A stretch of DNA of 64,000 nt from the human T2T-CHM13v2.0 reference genome, Homo sapiens: the NCBI RefSeq assembly GCF_009914755.1, contig NC_060931.1; one strand, 5' to 3'. Made by a program: the position numbers and the translations under genes. How positions within the stretch are numbered: the stretch's first letter is position 1; every line of letters begins with the position of its first letter. Under the pieces are notes generated by a model, which was not told where the DNA came from, searched no databases, and saw only the letters and a program-made list of their open reading frames with translations. Below, piece after piece: positions 12,887 through 26,368 of the stretch.

Positions 12887-13084
12887 AATATTTTCTATAT
12901 ATTTTTAATTGAATTACAGATGTAGACCATAACCTTAAGAAATATGAATCCTTTCATAGGAAACTGGAGAGTATTTCTTATTTTTTTCTTACTCATAATA
13001 GTTGTACCTTAATTCTTGACTTACATGGTCCATGAACTACAGTTTGTGAAGAGGTGAGTGGATACCACTTTTGGATCATCTACA

Positions 13085-13245
13085 TTGTGCTAGCTAACTT
13101 GCATATTTTATTTTAAATTCTGTCAGCAACCCTGAAGATACATACTGTTAATCTCATTCTACAGATGATAAAACTAAGTCTCAGAACAGCTAGGAAACTT
13201 GTCCAAAGTCACGGTAGGAAGTCACAGAACCAGAATTTGTAAAGG
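13085..13245. mobile_element. MIR
   Basis: 'ctcattctacagatgataaaactaagtctcaga..aacttgtccaaagtcac'. Confidence 0.7.
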
Positions 13246-13264
13246 GCAGCCCTTATGATTTATC

Positions 13265-13566
<302 letters not shown>

Positions 13567-14651
13567 CTCTTATGATTTTTTATATCCCACACTTCCTTCC
13601 CATGGAGAAAATACTTAACACTGATCATGAAGTGAACTGCCAGCAATCAAAGAGGTGATAAAGTCCCTGGAACACAGCAGGTGTCCAGGAGAAGATGGCC
13701 CAACCAGGCTGCCAGGAAAACACTCCTGGCTTCCTGATGCCATTTGCCATGTGAAGCTGTATGCCAGATGCTGGATTGTGAGAATGGAGAGTCTTTCCTT
13801 AAAGGAGAAAAGTGGCTTCAATGATTAAGAAGCATGAACTTTCATCAGCTTTTTGTACTTCTTCTCATATATTACTAAAAATCTACGTTTTTTTTCCAAA
13901 AGTAAATTCTGTCTTTTTTTTTTATTCCTGAACTCAAATAATTAATAAAAGAACAGGCTTATATGCAAAATGTTACAACTACAGACCTTACTGGTTCAAG
14001 TAATTACTTGAAGAAATATCATATCTTAAAATATTTCCATCCAGTGCATCCTTTTTATTAGCACTCTATAAATTTGCTGTCACTGTGATATCTGCAGGGA
14101 ATGCTTATAAATTAAAAAATCAAATAACAAAACTAACATCGCCACATTTTTTTTTTAACAATCTGTTCTGAAGGATCTGAGTAGATGCAGTTGAAATATG
14201 GACATACAGTTTGAGTGATTAGAATTTATAGGGGAAACAGTACCATTTCTACATGACTTTCATTTGCATTTGTTTGTTATTCTCCTAATTTTGTCTGCAG
14301 TAGCCTTGGGGATGAGTTCTGTTACATCGTGATATCTTCCTTTATATAACTAAGTTTAGAAGTCAATCAGACTACTGAATAAATTCATAATATCTAGTCC
14401 CATGATGTAGATAAAGCAGGAAATATTTTAGCTAATTCACTTGGGGGAGACTTCTTGATGCAAGGAATTGGAAATGGGAGCAAATATACAACAATGCTAA
14501 GTCATCACCTAAACCAAGCAATGATAAAACTTTGAAGCCCTTAGGTCAGGGAAAAGTTAGTAAGTTACACATTGCTGTTTAATTCTTGTTATGGGGAATA
14601 CCCATCAAAGTGACATATTATCCACTGGAAGATTCGTGCATTCTTTCCTTC

Positions 14652-14670
14652 TGCCCTGTAGGTGGCAGAC
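14652..14670 (+). promoter_or_regulatory. Candidate CTCF-binding motif
   Basis: TGCCCTGTAGGTGGCAGAC resembles the CC(A/T)(C/G)YAG(G/A)(G/T)GGC(A/G) core. Motif match only. Confidence 0.3.
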
Positions 14671-15599
14671 TTCTTGGCTAAGACAATTACCTCTTCTTTT
14701 GTGGCATTTGGGGAATTAGCATACCTTTCTTCCAGTCCTTTGAGAAAGTTCTCTGAGACTAGATTCTTGATGCAAAGGTCTTAATGATAAAGAAGTTCTT
14801 TGTAATTGCATGGTACATTTACTCTGTGGCAAAAGCAAAATAAACATTCTTTTCCATGAATAGGAAGATCTTTACGCAAAGGATCTTAAAAATTGACATA
14901 ATTACTCACTAGAGAAACTATGCCTATTCTAGAAGGGACAAGGGAGAGATTCAAATAATAGGGAAAATTCTGTGTACTACCACAACTAGACAGGAGGGTA
15001 TCTTTGCTTTTATTAATGCCTAGAGGAGTCTGTCTAAGCTTTATAAAACCTCTTAACCAAATGGTGTTATTGCCTGTGATTCTGCAGGCAGGGGTGGCAG
15101 CTGCATTTTAAGCAACCATTTTCCACTGAGTTACCCAGGTAAAGAAAGGAAGTTGAATATCTGACCTATGGGTAGAAGACATGTCTCAACCCTTAACCCT
15201 CACAATTGCAGTGAGCCATCTTCTCTTGGCATCATCATTTGCTCCCTAAAACTGGATCACTTCCATTCATAAACAAATGTGTTCTAAAAAAAGTTCACCT
15301 TAATAAAAAAAGAAAAGAAATCCTCCCAAGCTTGACTCAACTCCCACTTGTGCCTACAAAATCATTTCTATGCTTTCTCTTGGAGCAACACGTGTCAGGT
15401 GAGACGAACTGCCTACCCAGGTCTTCTTTACTTCTCTGTCTTATTCATCCTGTGGTTAAAATAGCCTTTGTATATTGTTGATTCTCAATCTTCATCTCAA
15501 GGCTGCACAGTTCCTCTGCACTTTAGACTCCTATGTTCTATTATATTACTGGATGTTTACTAGGTACCTAAAACTTGATACATTGAAAATAGAGAACAT

Positions 15600-15800
15600 C
15601 TGTGGTGGCAGATGCCTGTAGTCGCAGCCACTTAGGAGGCTGAGGTGGGAGGATCTCTTGAGCCCAGAAGTTCAAGGCTGCAGTGAGCTACAATCCTGCC
15701 ACTACATTTCCAGCCTGGGCAAACAGTGAGAACCTGTCTAAAGAAGGGGAAGGAAGGATAAAAGGAAGGAAGGAAGAGAGGAAGGGAGGGAGAGGAAGAA
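15600..15800 (+). mobile_element. AluJ right monomer / FRAM with GA-rich tail
   Basis: 'gcctgtagtcgcagccacttaggaggctgaggtgggaggatctcttgagcccagaagttcaaggctgcagtgagcta'. Confidence 0.85.
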
Positions 15801-16263
15801 ACAATTTTCCACTCTCCACGCACTAAAATCTGAGCCTTCCTAGTCTTCCTCATCAAAGAAAATAATAACCCCATTCACCCAGTTATTCAAGCCAAGAACT
15901 TGGTAATTAACCACTTCCCTTCAACCCTACACTGCCAAAGAAGAGGCTGGATCTGAGATATACATTTGGAAGTGATAGAACTTGCAAGATATCTTGGTGG
16001 TTTTGATCTAGGGGGACTCCCTATATCTACATTGACCCCTACAGTCCCTTTTCCAAGGATCACTGGGAGTCATAGTTTAAACACTTAAATCAGGTCACTC
16101 CTTCTACTCAGAATTTTTAAATTTACTCCTATTTCTCTTACAGAAAAACCCAAATTCCCAAACTTGACCTATAAGCATTGGTATGATCAGACTCCTGCCT
16201 GCCCCTCCAACCTTACTGCTTACCTGTCTCCCTCACACAGGATGCTCAAGCCACACTGGCTTC

Positions 16264-16661
16264 TGTTAAATAAAAATTATAGAAGTCCATTGTTTTGAAC
16301 TAAGATCCTGCACTTGGCTCCAACAGATAAAGGGCTAAAAGATAAAAACTCACACCAAAGTTCTGTCACCAAACAACCAATTTCCCAAACAGGCCAGTTT
16401 CAATCTTCCATTGGCATGATAATGAAGTTCCCTCTGCTTTAAGTTATGTTTCCACTGTTCTGTCTCCCTACTCCCGCCCTGCAAGAAAAGCAACGCTGAA
16501 ATGACCCTCTACTTCATGTTCCTTGTTTCTGCTTTTTTCCAGTCCTGTTAAAACTAACCCCCTCTGATCAACTCATTGGAACACTTACATTTTATGGATT
16601 CTAGATTCACAAATAAAGCCAATTGAGGTCTTTAAATTTGTTGTAATTTTGTCTTTTGACA
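16264..16661 (+). mobile_element. ERV1 solo LTR (MER4 group, MER31-like)
   Basis: TGTTAAA..TTGACA ends, AATAAA near 16612, 4-bp TSD CTTC/CTCC inside the L2. Confidence 0.7.
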
Positions 16662-17699
16662 CTCCTTTCTGTTCCTTGAACAGGACATACTTTTTCCCAT
16701 TTACCTGAGGCCTCTGCCTTGTTATTGGTTTTCCTTGCTCTTTTCTTGGCAGTCCCAGTCTAATGTGTCCCTCCACCCCCCACCCCACACACACCACCTT
16801 CCCAGACCTTCCCAGACCACCACATGATAAAACAGCCTCCCTAAAGGCAGCAGGGTTGGTTTCCATCAGGGCACATATACCTCTCCCTACACATCCCCAC
16901 ACCCCTGTGCCCACCCCCAGTCCCCTGCCCCTGTAATTTAAAATCTCCTTGCTGGTTTGTTTGCTTACTTCCCTCTCTGGTTCACCACGACAGGTCGAGT
17001 ACCTGGCACAGCTTGTGGCACACAGTAGGTTTTTCATTGAAATTTATTAAACGTGAATAGATAAAAGTTGGGCTTGCCCCTACTAAATTTGACAAAGTGA
17101 AGTCAACTCCATGTCAGAAGCCCTTTATCACCCCACCCCAGATTCCCAGGGAATTAACTCATCTTGAGGTATGATGGACCAAGATCAGATCTGTTGCACT
17201 TTCCCCAAGCTATTTGCAACTTAATGGAGAGGGAAAGAGAAAGGAACAAGAAGTTTTTGTGTATGTGCAGTTCACATTTTGAAAGTGAAGCAAATGCGCT
17301 TATCCAAATGTGAAAAGTAGCCTGGATGATCCTCAGTATCATTCTGTTTTATAAAGGATGTACCATTCATGTTTAAGAGCCAGTGCATGCTAATATTTCA
17401 GAGGAGATGGGTACTTTGAGAGTCTGATGCAAGTTTAGACAGAAATCTAAATGAAATGCATATACGTAAAGATAATTACATACAATTTGAGTGGGGCATG
17501 GGCCTCCAGAAACCTATCCATTATGCATCCTGAAGATCCTAAACAAATCGTCCTTCTATTTTACTATGTGAACAAGATTCCACTTTCTTTCATGGTAAAT
17601 CCTGGGTCATTGATTTTGTTTATAGCTCTTCCTAAAGCAATTTGAACTTCCCCACTGCCCTTATAGCTTGAAGAGAATATGTTAACTGGGAAGAGTGAA

Positions 17700-17960
17700 A
17701 GGAAGGAATACTAACATGTGTTAGACACGAAAATGTATCCAGCACTCTGCAATGCAAGTTCTGAGGAATTTATTTCTCAAATTTAATTCTCATATTTATT
17801 TATTTATTACAGAATTAAGTTATCACATTTAACTATAAAAACAATCCAGTAAGACTGTGAGTCCCATTTTTGCAGACTGAAAAACTGAGGGAACAAAAGG
17901 ACAAATAACTTACAAATAAGAAGTTTATGATGGAGCCTAGATTCCTATCCAGATTATAAA
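17700..17960. mobile_element. MIR
   Basis: 'cccatttttgcagactgaaaaactgagg' core. Confidence 0.6.
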
Positions 17961-20900
17961 TTCATTTTCTGAATCTTATACTACATATTCATATTTTAAA
18001 AGTGGCTGATTCATTCTTTCATTTAACTAATGATCTGGACACCTCCTCCTCAACTCTCTGACTTCGTCTTCTGTTGCTCTTCCCTTTGCTACTTTTATCC
18101 AAGCCACATTGGCTTCCTTCCTATTCCTTAATCTAACATCCTTAAGGAAAAGTCTGCTATAGAAGCTATTAATAGACTATTGGTGGTGAGTCTGTAAAAT
18201 ATAATTATTTATATGAATAAGAATCTATACCTTCTTAAGAAATGTATTTTGGTAAAAATTATTTAGAAGATGATTGCCTCTACTAAGATACTTGCAATAT
18301 AGATATATTTGTGAAATTAAAACATATTATCCATTCTAAAGAAACAATTACTAATTAAAATGGTTACAGAACAAATAGTTTTACAATAAAAGCATAAACA
18401 AAATCTCATTAAAAATGTGCTAATATTTTACCCAGTTTGTAGATATTAACTCCAATTCTTTTAAACAGCGGCAGATTTATTTATGGAAACTGCAAGCATA
18501 ATGAGTTCAAATATTCTACTACATTCTATATAACACATTTACTGGCCAAAACATGGCTTTTAAATTGTGACTATTGGAAAAATACTGCACATTTTTATAT
18601 ATTCATGTCCTTTTGCTTTTTAAAATATACTTTTTATATATTCATGTTCTGTTGCTTTTCTGGAAATAAAATCACTCTCTTGACCTGTGAATATTAGTAT
18701 ATAACTGAGAAAACTTATAAATAATGAAGAATCCATTTCGTATGGTGAACATATTAAAATTGTTGTATGGTTTGTGACTCCCACAATCACTGTAAATCTT
18801 TCATGGGTGAATTTTCCTCTGTGGCCTTCAGCCATGCTCAGACATGCATTTCCCATTCCATACCAGCTAGCTATTCTCCTGCTGTTAGATCATGTACCAC
18901 CAAAAATTAATTTTCCTACCCAGACATTATTATAATACTGAAGTTGCTGTGAATCCTTCCCTATCCATATTTTTATTTTCCCTCATATGTATCTATTTAT
19001 AAAGAGTGTATTATACTATGCTTTTATTTGTTTCTATCACCACTATGCTCTCAATATTTGGCCAATGTTAGTACATGAAGATATAGTGCATTTATTTTAA
19101 CTCTTACATAATATGTCATATATAAATGGTAATCTACATTGTTTCCAATTTTTCACTATTAAAATCAATGCAGCTATTAACATCCATGGCACATACATGA
19201 GAATTTCCCTACTATTACTAGTATAGAATGCAAATTTTCAACATTACTAGATATTGCTAAACTGCCCTCTAAAGTAGTTTGACCAATTTATTCTCCCACC
19301 ACTAGTATTTGATAATTTCCAATTCCCTATAACTTCTCCCATATTTGGTACGGCCAGATATTTTCATTTTTTTTTCTTACCTGATGAGACATAAAATTTT
19401 ATGCCCTTGATTTTTTTTTAAACTTGTATGATCTTGATTACTGGTAAGCTTGAACATTTTCTTATTTATTGGCCATTTTCTTATGCCTTGTTATAAACTC
19501 CTTGTTCCCATTCTTGAGTTTTTATTCTACTCAATCAATTGGTTTTCATTTCTTACTAATTCGTTGGAGTTATAAGCCTGGAACCTAATCTTTTTATTTT
19601 CATTTGTTTTGTTATATAAAAAGACTCAAGTATATATAACACAATTATCATTTTTTGATCTGTAACTGGCCTTTTAGCTTTTTATTTTGATATACTACAG
19701 CTTTTAAGTGGTTGTGGTGTAGTTAAATTGATCTGTCTTCTCCCTTTTGGCTTGTTTTTGTTTTGTTTTGTTTGGGTTTTGTTTGTTTGTTTGTTTTTGT
19801 ATGCTTTTAAAGAACTCTCTTGCTATTCCAAGGCAGAATATATATGTATAGATTCCCCTATATTTTCTACAAAATTTAAACTATTTTTGATTCAATATCT
19901 ATGTGTTTAAATTTGTCTGCATTTTAGTTTGTTTTAAATGTCAGCTACAAACTCAATTTATCTTTGTATTTGTACAACTTATTACTTCAATGTCAACAAT
20001 AATCTATCCTCTCCTCACTGATTTTTAATGCCATCCCATTAATTTGATGTTTTATATGGTCAGTTTCTGAGATCTCTATTCTGTTTTGTAATAAAGGTAC
20101 AAAAATAATAACTAGATATCTTATAGGCATGTTATGGCTATTATTGCTACTTTGATTTTTTTGAATGTAATATTTTTCTTTGCTTCTGTATTACAAAAAT
20201 ATTCTTAAATGATTCTTATATACAACAAAATTATTACTTCTAAAATCTGTCAGTAAGTGCTCTTGGATTTTCTATGTACATACTCATGCAACCATTTTGT
20301 TCTTTATTTTCCATTCCCTACATACTTTTCTTAACTTTATTGCATAGGCTAGGACCTAGCTACAATAAATATTAACTGACTGCATGCATCCTTGTGGAAG
20401 AAAGCAGCATTTTTACTACTAATTTAATGCTTTAAATTATAATATTAGTATATTTAGATGTTCTCTTCCTATGTTGATATTGAAAATTTATATTTAGAAA
20501 ATCGTTCAGTTAGTCTAAGATTTCAGGTTATTTAGCATAACATGTTCAAATTCTTCTCTCAGAATTTAAAAATCTTCACTAGATCTGAAATGATATCTTT
20601 TTTTATTTCTCATATTGCCTGTATGTGTTAATGTGTGCTTTTTAAATTGATCGATTTTGCCATGGGCTTGTCTATTTTAACATCCTTTTCAAAAATCCAT
20701 CCTTTGTATTTTGTTAGTAATTTCTCCATTCTTTCTGTTTGCTATTGTATTACTTTGTGCTTCTTCTTGTATGCTTTTCCCCTTCCCACTTTCATTAGAG
20801 GTTCTCTGCTATTCCTCCTCTAACTGCTTGGGTTGAACCTTCTTTTATTTAGTTCCAAATGATCTATTTCCTGATATGTACATTCATTTTTGGAAACTTC

Positions 20901-21149
20901 AATTGAAGTGATCGCTGTATGCCACAAGTTTTTATATATACTATGTTCACTGATTTAGTTACAAATATTGTTTGATAGCTATTTAACTTGCTTCATTAAC
21001 TCATGAATTATTTAGAAGTCCATTTTTAAATTTCCAGCTATATGGGGAAGTTGGGGCTATTTTTTATAGTTGGTGCCACATTTTATTAAACTTATTTCAT
21101 GGAATTTTGTGCTTCTTCTTTTGCAGTCATCTAGAGTAATAATACCAAC

Positions 21150-21380
21150 TAACATTTTTCAAGTATTTACCATGTGTTAGGCACTATTCTAAACAGTTAA
21201 TATGTTTTAACTTGTTAAAGCTCACAAACGCACAAGGTACTATGATGATCAGTAATTTACGAATGAAGCATCTGAGCCATAGCAAGATAAAGTAACTTAA
21301 CCAAGTAACACAGCTGGCAAGCGGCAGTGCTAAGACAAGCTTAGTCAAACCCATAGTCTGCTCCTATAACCACCACAAAA
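21150..21380. mobile_element. MIR
   Basis: 'tatttaccatgtgttaggcactattctaaac..aagtaacttaaccaagtaacacagctggcaag'. Confidence 0.75.
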
Positions 21381-21825
21381 AAACCTACCTCTGAATTTAG
21401 TGTGCTCGAGAAAATGGATATTTGCGTTTTCAGAGCATGCAGTCATACACGCATCTGTCATATCAGCTTCAGTGAGTTATTGAAGTCTTCTATATTTTTT
21501 CTAAATATTTTCATCTAATTTATTAATTTCTGAGGTAAGGTGTTAACATCTCCTATTTGGATAGATTCATCTTATTTTGTTAATGTTTTGCTTTGTACAT
21601 TCATTTTAGTTCATAATGCATATTTGATATCTTTATTAATATTTCTCTTTATCTTTACTAATGGTTAACTATAAATTCTATTTTGTCTGATATTAATTTA
21701 CTATACCACTGTTTTTTCTTTTTGTTCTAATTTACCTGGTATATCATTTTTCATTTTTAATTATTATATATATAAACATATACAAATATATACTTGGTTA
21801 ACTTACTTTATCTTGCTATGTGTGG

Positions 21826-21962
21826 CTTTTTTTTTTTTTTTTTTGTAGAGACAAAGTCTTGTTATGTTTTCCAGGCTGTTCTTGAACACCTGGCCTCAAG
21901 CAATCCTCCTGCCTCAGCCTCCCAAAGTGTTGGGATTACAGGTATGATCCACTATGCCCAGG
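21826..21962 (-). mobile_element. FLAM_C / AluJ left monomer
   Basis: Poly-T then 'gtagagacaaagtctt..ctggcctcaagcaatcctcctgcctcagcctcccaaagtgttgggattaca'. Confidence 0.88.
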
Positions 21963-23184
21963 ACATCAGTACCTTTAAAGATTACCTTCCCATTTCATTC
22001 CTATCCATTTCACAGTTTCACTGTGATGTTTCTAAGTGGGCCTGGTTGTTCCTTCAGTCTGGGAATTCACTTCTCTACTACATACAGTTACCTACTTGGC
22101 TATTGCCTCTCCTTCATTATTTCTATACTCTTATTCTGGAATTCCTGCTTTAGATTTTTTTTATTCTATCCTCGACAGCTCTATTTCCATATTTCTAGGT
22201 CTACGTATTCCATCATGGGTGATTTCTTTATAATTAACTTCAAACTCACTAATTACTTAATTAGCTGTCTGGTCCATTGTTTGTCCAATCTATTGATAAT
22301 TTTATTTCTAGAAATTTCATTTTAGTTCTTCATAACTGCCTACGAACCTTTAAGTCTATACTTATATACATATATACCTATGTATACATACCTATATATA
22401 TATGCCTATATAGCTTTAAGTCTATACCTTTTAAGATATCAAATTTATTTTTTAATGTCTCAGATTATTCTATATTTCTAGACTTGATTATTTGCTGATT
22501 CTACTTCAGACTGATTCATTTTCTGATATTGCAATTTTTTTTACTATGAGCTGTTGTGTTTTTATTTTGTTTTGGCAGTTGTTTTGCATGAAACCATCCC
22601 TACAAGAAATCATTTCTATAGTACAATCAGTGGTCTCTTCTGCTGGGACCCCATATATGGTAGCAGTTACAGGCCAAGTTTTGCATTATTTTCTCTGTTT
22701 GGGATTCCTACACACTATTGTGAGCATAGTGTAAATTCAGAGCCTACTCTGGTACAGGGCACAGATGTGGTCTTGCCAACCCATAGCCCTGGACAAATAA
22801 CCAGTTTTCTTTCAGCTTCCTAAGGCTGTGGAGACTTTTTAGTACTGTGTTTGTGAGCTAAGCAGAATCCTAGCTCTGAGATTTGTTCAAGGAGCTTGGC
22901 TCCAATTCCAAACCCAGCTTCAGCATCCAGTATTGATTTCCCATGTCAACTTTTGATACTTCCTGAGCTCTCTTCACTGAGTTTCTTCTTTGTTTATAAA
23001 ACTTGGTGATTTATCTTAGTTTTAGCCTTTCTTGGTATTGGAATTTTTAATATCATGCTTTTTCCAGTGTTTACATAATTTTGGCATGGAACAAAGAACC
23101 TTTGATGTCACATCAGTTCTTCATATCACTTTTGGTGTTTCCAAAGATCATCCTTAGGCTTTATTCTTCTAATCAAGAAAGAAC

Positions 23185-24369
23185 TTTTATTTTGGTAACA
23201 GCTTTATAGAGATATACTTCACATGTCACACAATTCACGCATTTAAAATGAACAATTCAATGGCTTTTAATATATACATAGCACAGCTCATCTATCAACA
23301 TAACCAATTTTAGAACGTTTTTATTACCCAAAAAGAAGCCCTATTCCCCTTACATACCACTCTTCAATCATCCTGTTCCCGTCCCTTCACCATCCAACCC
23401 TAGGCGATCACTAATTTACTTTTCCTCTTTATAGATGCACCCATTCTGGATATTCCATATAAATGGACTCATAACAGGTGGTCCTTTGTGACTTGTTTGC
23501 TTTCACTTAGCATCATGCTTTCAAGGTTTATCAATGGTGTAACATCTATGAGTAATTTATTTTTATTGCCAAATAATATTCCATTGTATGGGTATGCCAC
23601 ATTTTATTTGCCTGTTCATTAATTGATGGATATTCGACTTGTTTCCACTTTTTGGCTAATATAAATGATGCTGTCATGAATATTCATATACAAATTTTTG
23701 TGTGTATGTGTGGTTTCAATTCTCTTAGGTACACAGCTAAGAGTAGAACCGGTGGAATATATGGTAACTTTACTTAACTGTTTGAGAAATTGCCAGACTG
23801 TTTTTCAAAGTGGCTATAGCATCTTCCATTCCTGCCAGCAACGTAGGACATTTCCAATTTTTCCACATCCTTGCCAAAACTCGTTATCTGTCTTTTTTAT
23901 AACAGCCATCCTGGTGGGTGTGAAGTGGTATCTAATTATGGTTTTGATTTTCAGTTCCCTGGTGACTAATGGTGTTGAGCATCTTTTCAGGTCCTTATTG
24001 GCCATTTCTATACTTTTCTTTGGAGAAATGTCTGTTCAAATCCTTTATCCATTTTTAATTGGGTTGTCTTTTATTGAGTTGTAATAGTTCTTTATATTTT
24101 AGCTACAACTGCCTTATCAGATATGTAATTTGCAAATATCTTCTCTTATTCTGTGAGTTGTTCTTTCACTTTCTTGGTGGTTTCCTTTGAAGTATGAAAG
24201 TTTTTAATTTCAATGTCCCATTTATCTATTTTTTCCTTTTATTTCTTATGCTTTTTGGTGGCATGTCTAAGAAACCATTGCTTAATCCAACATCACAAAG
24301 ATTTATACTTTTTTTCCTAAGAGCTTTATGGCTCCAGATCTTACATTCAAGTCTTGAATATACTTTGAC

Positions 24370-24402
<33 letters not shown>

Positions 24403-24710
24403 GAGACGGAGTCTTGCTCTGTCACCCAGGTTGGAGTGCTGTGGTGCAATCTCGGCTCACAGCAACCTCCGCCTCCCCGATTCAAGCAATTCTCCTGCCT
24501 CAGCCTCCTGAGTAGCTGGGATTACAGGTGCATGCCACCATGCCTGGCTAATTTTTGTATTTTTAGTAGAGATGGGGTTTCACCATGTTGGTCAGGCTGG
24601 TCTCAAACTACTGACCTCATGATCCACCCACCTCGGCCTCCCAAAGTGCTGGGATTACAGGTGTGAGCTACCGCGCCCTGCCTTGACTCAATTTTTATAT
24701 GGTTTGAACA
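23185..24710 (-). mobile_element. L1MB-type 3' end (3' UTR plus ORF2 C-terminus), split by an Alu
   Basis: 'acagctttatagagatatacttcacatgtcacacaattcac' 3' terminus. ORF 23814..24005 (IRYHFTPTRMAVIKK..CG) is the L1 ORF2 C-terminus. Confidence 0.88.
24374..24682 (-). mobile_element. AluS (Sg/Sc-like)
   Basis: Long poly-T, full Alu, TSD TTGACTCAATTTTT (24365-24378 / 24683-24696). Confidence 0.93.
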
Positions 24711-26368
24711 CAGTGGTAATTTTTAAAGTGGTTATCACCTGTAACAGTCTTCTCTAAACTAAAGATCTGACAAGAAAATGACATGATTTGGGGCGTATTA
24801 TGCATAATTGGTATCACAGCAATATTAGGGGATATGAGACATCAGCCTTCCTGATACTTCGATCTCTTTAAAAAGCATGGAATTATAAAATCTTAGTTCA
24901 AAGTCATTGGTCTCTTACATATTTCCAGGTGTGTGTTTTCCTATGGTTAACAGAACTAAAAGGAGACATTATTGTGGCAATTTTGATATAAGGAGGTAGT
25001 GCTGTCCCACTAAGAACTAAACAGGTCAGCGAGTTCTCACCAATCTGAGTCACTAGTATGAAGGGCTCTGAGGAAATAAAAAACTCATTTACATAGGCTA
25101 ATTTCTTACACTGCCCCGATGCAGCCTTGTTCCAAACATTCGCTGTTGTGATTTACAAGAAAAGAAAAAAAGTAGTAAATTGGGCACTTTCTTACCCAAA
25201 CCACTGTAGGTTTATTTGACATTTAGTTGTATTGACTGGAGACTTTTATAAATTTCTGGAAATTGATGTCAATATTTTCAAGTAATGAATCACCAGCAAA
25301 GAAGAAAAAGCAGAGGTGCTTTATAACATGGTAAATCCCAGTAAGTAATTCTTGTCTGCATTTCTTTCTATATTGCAGTATCAAAAAAATGAGACATTAA
25401 AGGAGGAAGAGAGAAAACGATCCTATCAAAACGGTCAGTTGGAACAAAAAATAACAATAATGCCAACAGAGAAATGAGAGGAGTGAAAAAAGCAGAGGAA
25501 AGCCAGAGAAGAACAGAAATGAGAGGACAGAGGTGAAAGGAGGAGACAAGACAAGAAACCCAGGAAAAGATGTTGTCATCTACCTGCTTTAAAAAGTGTG
25601 CAGTGTTTGAACCAGGGCCAAGGTCTTAAGTGGGATTCAAGCAAAGTAATAAATCCATAATGAATCTAAAAGTATTTATAAAGTACCTCAATATTAGTAA
25701 CAGCTTACAGCAGAAAAAAATATATGATCAGGACCTAAGGATACTTTCTATCATAAAATGTTAATCAGAGAAAAAATGAAGTGTGAAAATAAAGGTGTGA
25801 ACTCTAGCAGAGAGCATGGTAAGACATAGAGCTTGGCTGGTACCCTCTGGGCCCCCAGCTCTCAGGCTGGTGGGTGAGCTGAGTGCTCTCAGGCACAGGG
25901 CCAGGCTTAGACCCTGATGGCAGCAATCCCCATCCTGCCTGTGACCTCTCCAAGCCAGACCCACTGGGCCACAGCTGGGCCCCCACCATGCCCAGAGTAA
26001 ACAACACTACTGTGTGAAGGGCATGGAAGGCTGGGAAGAACACGGCAACCCCAACCCAACAGGGGCATCAGGAGTTGAAAGAGTGGGCCAGTGTGGACTC
26101 GAGCTCTAGCTGCTCAGCCTCAGGCTAAGGAGCTGTGCAGATCACAGATCTGAGGTGACCACTGTGTCCCTAGTGAACAAGATGCCACTCTGTACTGTCC
26201 CTTAAGGGGCCTAGAAAATGAGCTGAGACTACAAAAGTTGGTTAATCAACACCAGACCTTGATGTTGGAAGAGAGAAATGGTAGAACACTGTGCCACACT
26301 TGGCCAACAGGATGTGTCTGCCATCCTTTGGGAAGATTAAGTAGACATTAATAGAAGACCAGTGTATA

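Larger units (their letters stand above)
15420..17065 (+). mobile_element. L2 fragments, interrupted by an Alu monomer and an LTR
   Basis: 'ccattcacccagttattcaagccaagaacttgg', 'caagccacactggc', 3' end 'tggcacacagtaggttttcattgaaatttattaaacgtgaat'. Confidence 0.7.
18840..23100 (-). mobile_element. Highly degraded old L1 (L1ME/L1MC-type) fragments
   Basis: T-rich antisense L1 motifs: 'ttgtttccaatttttcactatt', 'ttattgcataggctaggacct', 'gggcttgtctattttaacatccttttcaaaaatcc', 'tattttgtctgatattaat'. Confidence 0.65.

Noticed and set aside
16585-17037. 150-aa ORF, the longest in the track
   Set aside because: Spans L2 and LTR remnants; no domain similarity or splice signals.
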